A stretch of DNA of 64,000 bases. It comes from Candidatus Bathyarchaeum tardum. GTDB lineage: Archaea > Thermoproteota > Bathyarchaeia > Bathyarchaeales > Bathyarchaeaceae. Position numbers and translations under genes: made by a program. The stretch lies in assembly GCA_024650005.2 (NCBI GenBank), contig CP122380.1, positions 1,088,001-1,152,000 on the forward strand. Reading direction: 5' to 3'. This document shows, piece by piece, positions 60,136 to 64,000 of this stretch (position 1 is the first letter of the stretch; every line of letters starts with the position of its first letter). The notes under the pieces are model-generated. The model searched no databases. It worked only from the letters and a program-made list of their open reading frames with translations, and was not told where the DNA came from.

Positions 60136-61317
60136 ATGAACACAAAAGCATTTTGTCCCAGTTGCAACTGCAATAAAATATCTATTTTTTATGAAACAAA
60201 AAACATTCCTGTAAATAATTGTTTAATGCTTTCAAGTGAACAACAAGCACAAAATTTTCCAACAGGAAATATGACATTAGGCTTTTGTAACAATTGTGGA
60301 TTTATTTTCAACACCGTTTATGATGTTTCTAAAGTAGATTATTCATCAACATATGAAGATCAACAATGCTTTTCACCAACTTTCAATCTTTTTGCTGAAA
60401 AACTAGCCAAACGGTTAATTAACAAATATGATTTGCACGACAAAAAAATTTTGGAAATTGGTTGCGGAAAAGGGGACTTTTTAAATTTACTTTGCAGATT
60501 AGGTTCAAACAAAGGCGTAGGAATCGACCCAGCATATATAAAGGGGCGAATCAACTCTGAAGATTCAAAACATTTAACTTTTATTCGTGACTTTTTTTCC
60601 GAAAAACATGCAAACTATGTTGGCGATTTTGTTTGTTGCAGACACACTTTGGAACATATACCAAACACGTTTGAGTTTGTCAGCACTGTTCGTCGCTCAA
60701 TAGGTGAGCGTTTAGACGTGACCGTATTTTTTGAGTTGCCTGATGTTACCCGAGTTTTGGATGAAATAGCTTTTTGGGATATCTATTATGAACACTGTTC
60801 ATATTTTAGTCAAGGTTCTTTGGGTCGACTATTTCGTTTTTGCAACTTTGAGATACTAGATATTTCCAAAGACTTCAACGATCAATACCTATTAATTGAA
60901 GCAAAACCAGCCAAAGGAAAACCAAAAGAAATCCATAAAAGTGAAGAAACAGTTAATCAACTGGAAAAGAAAGTTGAACACTTTTCTGTGCATTGCCGTG
61001 AAACCTTAGAGCAGTGGAAAAATCGCTTGAATTCTTTTTCTGATGAAAGGAAACGGGTTGTTATTTGGGGCTCTAGTTCGAAATGTGTATCTTTCTTATC
61101 AACACTTAATATTAAGTCTGAAATTGATTTTATTGTCGATATTAACCCTTTTCGTCATGGAAAATATCTTCCAGGTAGCGGAAAAGAAGTGATGTCCCCT
61201 CAAACTCTAAGAAAAAATAAACCTGATGTGGTAATTGTGATGAATCCAATCTACCAAAACGAAATATGTAAGATGTTAGATGAAATGGATTTAGCTCCAG
61301 AGGTAATTTCCATTTGA
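60136..61317 (+). CDS. second C-methyltransferase-like SAM-dependent enzyme
   Basis: CPSC...CNNCG, EIGCGKG, RHTLEH, DIYYEH and VDINP motifs. Confidence 0.85.
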   Translation: MNTKAFCPSCNCNKISIFYETKNIPVNNCLMLSSEQQAQNFPTGNMTLGFCNNCGFIFNTVYDVSKVDYSSTYEDQQCFSPTFNLFAEKLAKRLINKYDLHDKKILEIGCGKGDFLNLLCRLGSNKGVGIDPAYIKGRINSEDSKHLTFIRDFFSEKHANYVGDFVCCRHTLEHIPNTFEFVSTVRRSIGERLDVTVFFELPDVTRVLDEIAFWDIYYEHCSYFSQGSLGRLFRFCNFEILDISKDFNDQYLLIEAKPAKGKPKEIHKSEETVNQLEKKVEHFSVHCRETLEQWKNRLNSFSDERKRVVIWGSSSKCVSFLSTLNIKSEIDFIVDINPFRHGKYLPGSGKEVMSPQTLRKNKPDVVIVMNPIYQNEICKMLDEMDLAPEVISI

Positions 61318-61423
61318 AGCAAACGTCTAAATTATTAACTTCAAATAATATGTCCAAAAATCAGATTTATATGCAATCAAGAACAATAACGTTAAAAATT
61401 GAAAACACTGTGGTATTACAACG

Positions 61424-62521
61424 ATGTTGAATCAAAATCCATGGCGAACAAGTACAATTACCAAAGTTAGACTATTCCAACTTGTTTTTTTGTTTGTTTT
61501 GATTTGGTTCTTTTTTTGGGCGCATATTTATGAAATGATTTTTTGGAACAAGTCATTTATTGAATCTTTGTACGCGTCTATACCAAATGTTTTGATTTAT
61601 TTAGCGTCAATAATTATTCTGATTAGCCTTGAAGTTTATTCGAAACGCATCAATCAAACTTCAAAAATTTTCAACTCGCAAATTACAGAAAAATTTTATA
61701 AAAAAAAGGAGCAATTAACTAAAATGAACTCAAAGAAAAAACGTTCTAATGTAACTGAGCTTTCTCTTACTGCAATGGGGGCAATATTGCTTGTCTTTTC
61801 AATTGTTGTTTCTTCGACAATTATTGCTTTTATTGGATTAAGTCTAACTTTTTGGGGCATACTTTTCCTTCTTACTATGTCAAAAAATTACATATCAAAC
61901 AATGTCTTTGAAGCTACAAATATCTCTCCTTATGCTACTTTGAACCGAATAATGTCTGATTTTGATTATGATGTAAACGCAATCTATATTCCGTCTCTTT
62001 CTGAAGAAAGCAATCTGCCTGAACATCTTTCTGGATTAAAAGAAATGACAGTTTTTATCTCATCAAAAAAAGAGATGACCTTACCCAGTTTAGAAAAACT
62101 AGTAGGAAAACATTTCATGATTAATGACCCCGAAGGTCTTTGCATTACTCCACCTGGTTCAGGTCTTGTTAGTCTTTTCGAAAATGAATTAAAAACTAGT
62201 TTAACAAAGATCGATGCTGAAGATTTGTATGATTTTCTGCCCAAAATCATAATAGCTAACTTGGAACTTGCAGGAAATTTGGAAATAAAACCTATGAATG
62301 GAGCGATACATGTTAAGATTGTTGACTCAGTTTATGCCAATCTTTACGCCAACAAAGAAACTTTAAAAAGCATTAATCTAGTTGGGTGCCCATTGGTCAG
62401 TGCTCTTTGTTGTTCTATAGCAAATACAACTCGCAAATTAGTGACCTTAACTCAGACTAAAGTTTCGCCAAATCTTAAAACAATTGAAGTATGGTTTAAA
62501 CTAGAATCGAGGTTGAGTTAA
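61424..62521 (+). CDS. hypothetical membrane protein
   Basis: Four TM segments in two pairs, then a soluble domain with PPGSGL and GCPLVSALCC. Confidence 0.7.
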   Translation: MLNQNPWRTSTITKVRLFQLVFLFVLIWFFFWAHIYEMIFWNKSFIESLYASIPNVLIYLASIIILISLEVYSKRINQTSKIFNSQITEKFYKKKEQLTKMNSKKKRSNVTELSLTAMGAILLVFSIVVSSTIIAFIGLSLTFWGILFLLTMSKNYISNNVFEATNISPYATLNRIMSDFDYDVNAIYIPSLSEESNLPEHLSGLKEMTVFISSKKEMTLPSLEKLVGKHFMINDPEGLCITPPGSGLVSLFENELKTSLTKIDAEDLYDFLPKIIIANLELAGNLEIKPMNGAIHVKIVDSVYANLYANKETLKSINLVGCPLVSALCCSIANTTRKLVTLTQTKVSPNLKTIEVWFKLESRLS

Positions 62522-62522
62522 A

Positions 62523-62732
62523 CTGTTTTCTTTCCCGCTTTCGTTAACAGATTTTAGCTTATGGCTTGCAATTACTGCATTAGTTTTGCTTATAACTTCA
62601 GAGGCGCTGTTCTCCCAATCAGCTTTAACCCTTCGGATGGACAAAAAACGTTTTCAATTAATATCCATTCTTTTAGGTTTAGCATTCATGGTTACTGTTA
62701 TGCTGAAGGTCTTTATGCCTGATCTATTTTAA
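62523..62732 (+). CDS. small two-TM protein with CTG start (69 aa, absent from ORF track)
   Basis: Read manually as (M)FSFPLSLTDFSLWLAITALVLLITSE...KKRFQLISILLGLAFMVTVMLKVFMPDLF. CTG lies 1 nt after the previous stop, with a GAGGTTGA SD. Confidence 0.65.
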   Translation: MFSFPLSLTDFSLWLAITALVLLITSEALFSQSALTLRMDKKRFQLISILLGLAFMVTVMLKVFMPDLF

Positions 62733-62774
62733 TATGAATAAAAAAATAAGAAAGGAATTCTATCCTTTACCTAG

Positions 62775-63239
62775 TTAGCTGCCGATTATTGTTATGTCAA
62801 AGCTGAATGTTTCCACGTTTTGGATGTTGGATGCTACGGATAAGGTCAAAGTAATTGCCACTGACTGATCTGGACTGATTGCTGCATTATTGTAATCCCA
62901 GTTGACGCCAAGGTAAGTTCCAGCTGCTGTAGGTATCCAATTATCAACCACTAATGATAGTGTAGTTTGGGTATTGCCTTCGTTTTTTACATAAAATGTT
63001 ATGCTGCTACTGCCGCCTGGCGTAAGGGTTCCCCAAGGCAAAGAAGTTAAGGCAGTAGTACACTGCTGGTTTGAATACACTCCAATTCCTGTGGTAGTTT
63101 GTATTTGAATAGCTCCTGAGTTGGAAAATTTTGCTGTTGCTTGTCCAGCTGGATATGCTTGACTGACTAATGACAAACTTAGAGTGTAAGTTATGAGAAT
63201 CAACATTGAGGCTGTAATTATGGTTTCTTTGGTTGCCAT
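62775..63239 (-). CDS. exported beta-rich protein (TasA/bundling-pilin-like by inference)
   Basis: Signal-like N-terminus, then WGTLTPGG...FYVKNEGN, NWIP, WDY and a terminal strand FSFDITIIGS. Confidence 0.72.
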   Translation of the reverse strand: MATKETIITASMLILITYTLSLSLVSQAYPAGQATAKFSNSGAIQIQTTTGIGVYSNQQCTTALTSLPWGTLTPGGSSSITFYVKNEGNTQTTLSLVVDNWIPTAAGTYLGVNWDYNNAAISPDQSVAITLTLSVASNIQNVETFSFDITIIGS

Positions 63240-63431
63240 TAATTTCACCAAATATATATTGTTTAGTAAGACTTAATAAAGTTTGTTGTTGAGTTGTGCT
63301 ACAATTATACACTTTATTTAAAAAATAGAATAAATATGTATTGTTAATACGGAAAACTACAAATAATAACTAAGAAGTATTTATTGTAGTGATTAATATG
63401 CATCCTCACTTTTCAAAACCTTCAAGCGTTT

Positions 63432-63743
63432 TCACTGTTTCTGTTCGTAGCATTCCATAATCCTGTAGCATCCTAAGCATCTTTCTGAAACAGAATTATC
63501 TTCACCAATTTTTCGTATGTTTCCAAATCCACGGGGGCACTCTGCATAATCATTTTGAACTTGAATTTTTGGGGGTAATTTAGGATTTTTTGCTTGTCTA
63601 CTTTTTCTTATTTGGTTTATTTGCTTAAAAAATGATTTCTGCTCTGGATTTTTTGGTTCCAGTTTAGTGATATACATTATGAGCAAAACAACTACACCTA
63701 TAGCTAAAATTAGATCAATGGCGCTGAGTTCAAATGTTAACAT
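63432..63743 (-). CDS. small single-TM protein with C-terminal four-Cys motif
   Basis: N-terminal TM; CPRGFG...CLGC....C at the C-terminus. Confidence 0.7.
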   Translation of the reverse strand: MLTFELSAIDLILAIGVVVLLIMYITKLEPKNPEQKSFFKQINQIRKSRQAKNPKLPPKIQVQNDYAECPRGFGNIRKIGEDNSVSERCLGCYRIMECYEQKQ

Positions 63744-63890
63744 CTTTCTTCGTTTTCTCTTCGATGTTTTATCTATATAGAGTTAATGAATTTGTCGTAA
63801 TAATCCAAAATTATATACTTTCAAAAAGTATTGTTAATATGTATCAACCCAACTTAACTGAGCATTCAAGAAATCTCAGGACTGGATTTG

Positions 63891-64000
63891 ATGTTTGCTG
63901 TTGGTCACTTTGCTCTTGGCTATTTAACTGGAAAATTATTCTCAAAATTTCTTAACGTCCACGTAAGTTTACCTTGGTTGTTTCTTGTATCAGTCTTTCC
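63891..64000 (+). CDS. 5' part of a probable membrane-bound metal-dependent hydrolase (truncated by window end)
   Basis: Read manually as MFAVGHFALGYLTGKLFSKFLNVHVSLPWLFLVSVF. The N-terminal His plus hydrophobic helices fit the YdjM/DUF457 type. Confidence 0.6.
   Translation, partial: MFAVGHFALGYLTGKLFSKFLNVHVSLPWLFLVSVF

Noticed and set aside
1-64000. CRISPR array, transposase, integrase or prophage
   Set aside because: I saw no regularly spaced repeats and no recognisable mobile-element proteins among the ORFs.

Overview
AT-rich archaeal chromosomal segment of TACK type. Bathyarchaeia is the most likely source; this is an inference from the CdvA/CdvB/CdvC cluster, short XPF, SmAP3, archaeosine TgtA and a BHB-intron tRNA. 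Bases 0.9-4.5 kb hold an ESCRT-III/Vps4 (Cdv) cell-division locus, flanked by an unannotated small transcript and a ~150-nt rod-like structured RNA candidate. Bases 4.7-19 kb are housekeeping genes. Bases 19-31 kb form a regulator-rich block: divergent PadR pair, degenerate polyprenyl synthase, MFS exporter, MinD/ParA with a wHTH partner, an ArsR-like tandem operator, a ScpB/surface-protein chimera, and tRNA-Arg(CCG) with a 29/30 intron. Bases 33-62 kb are a large surface-polysaccharide locus (GTs, flippase, pyruvyltransferase, PP-loop enzymes, CDP-sugar C-methyltransferases). The two strongest novelty candidates are (1) a TasA/bundling-pilus-like fibre family with a shared N-terminal strand also found on a beta-helix protein inside the polysaccharide locus, a possible biofilm-matrix system, and (2) the PadR / isoprenyl-synthase-like / MFS cassette, a possible isoprenoid production-export-sensing circuit. 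Several genes appear to need ATA, ATT or CTG starts. All family calls come from motif recognition by eye; no searches were run.
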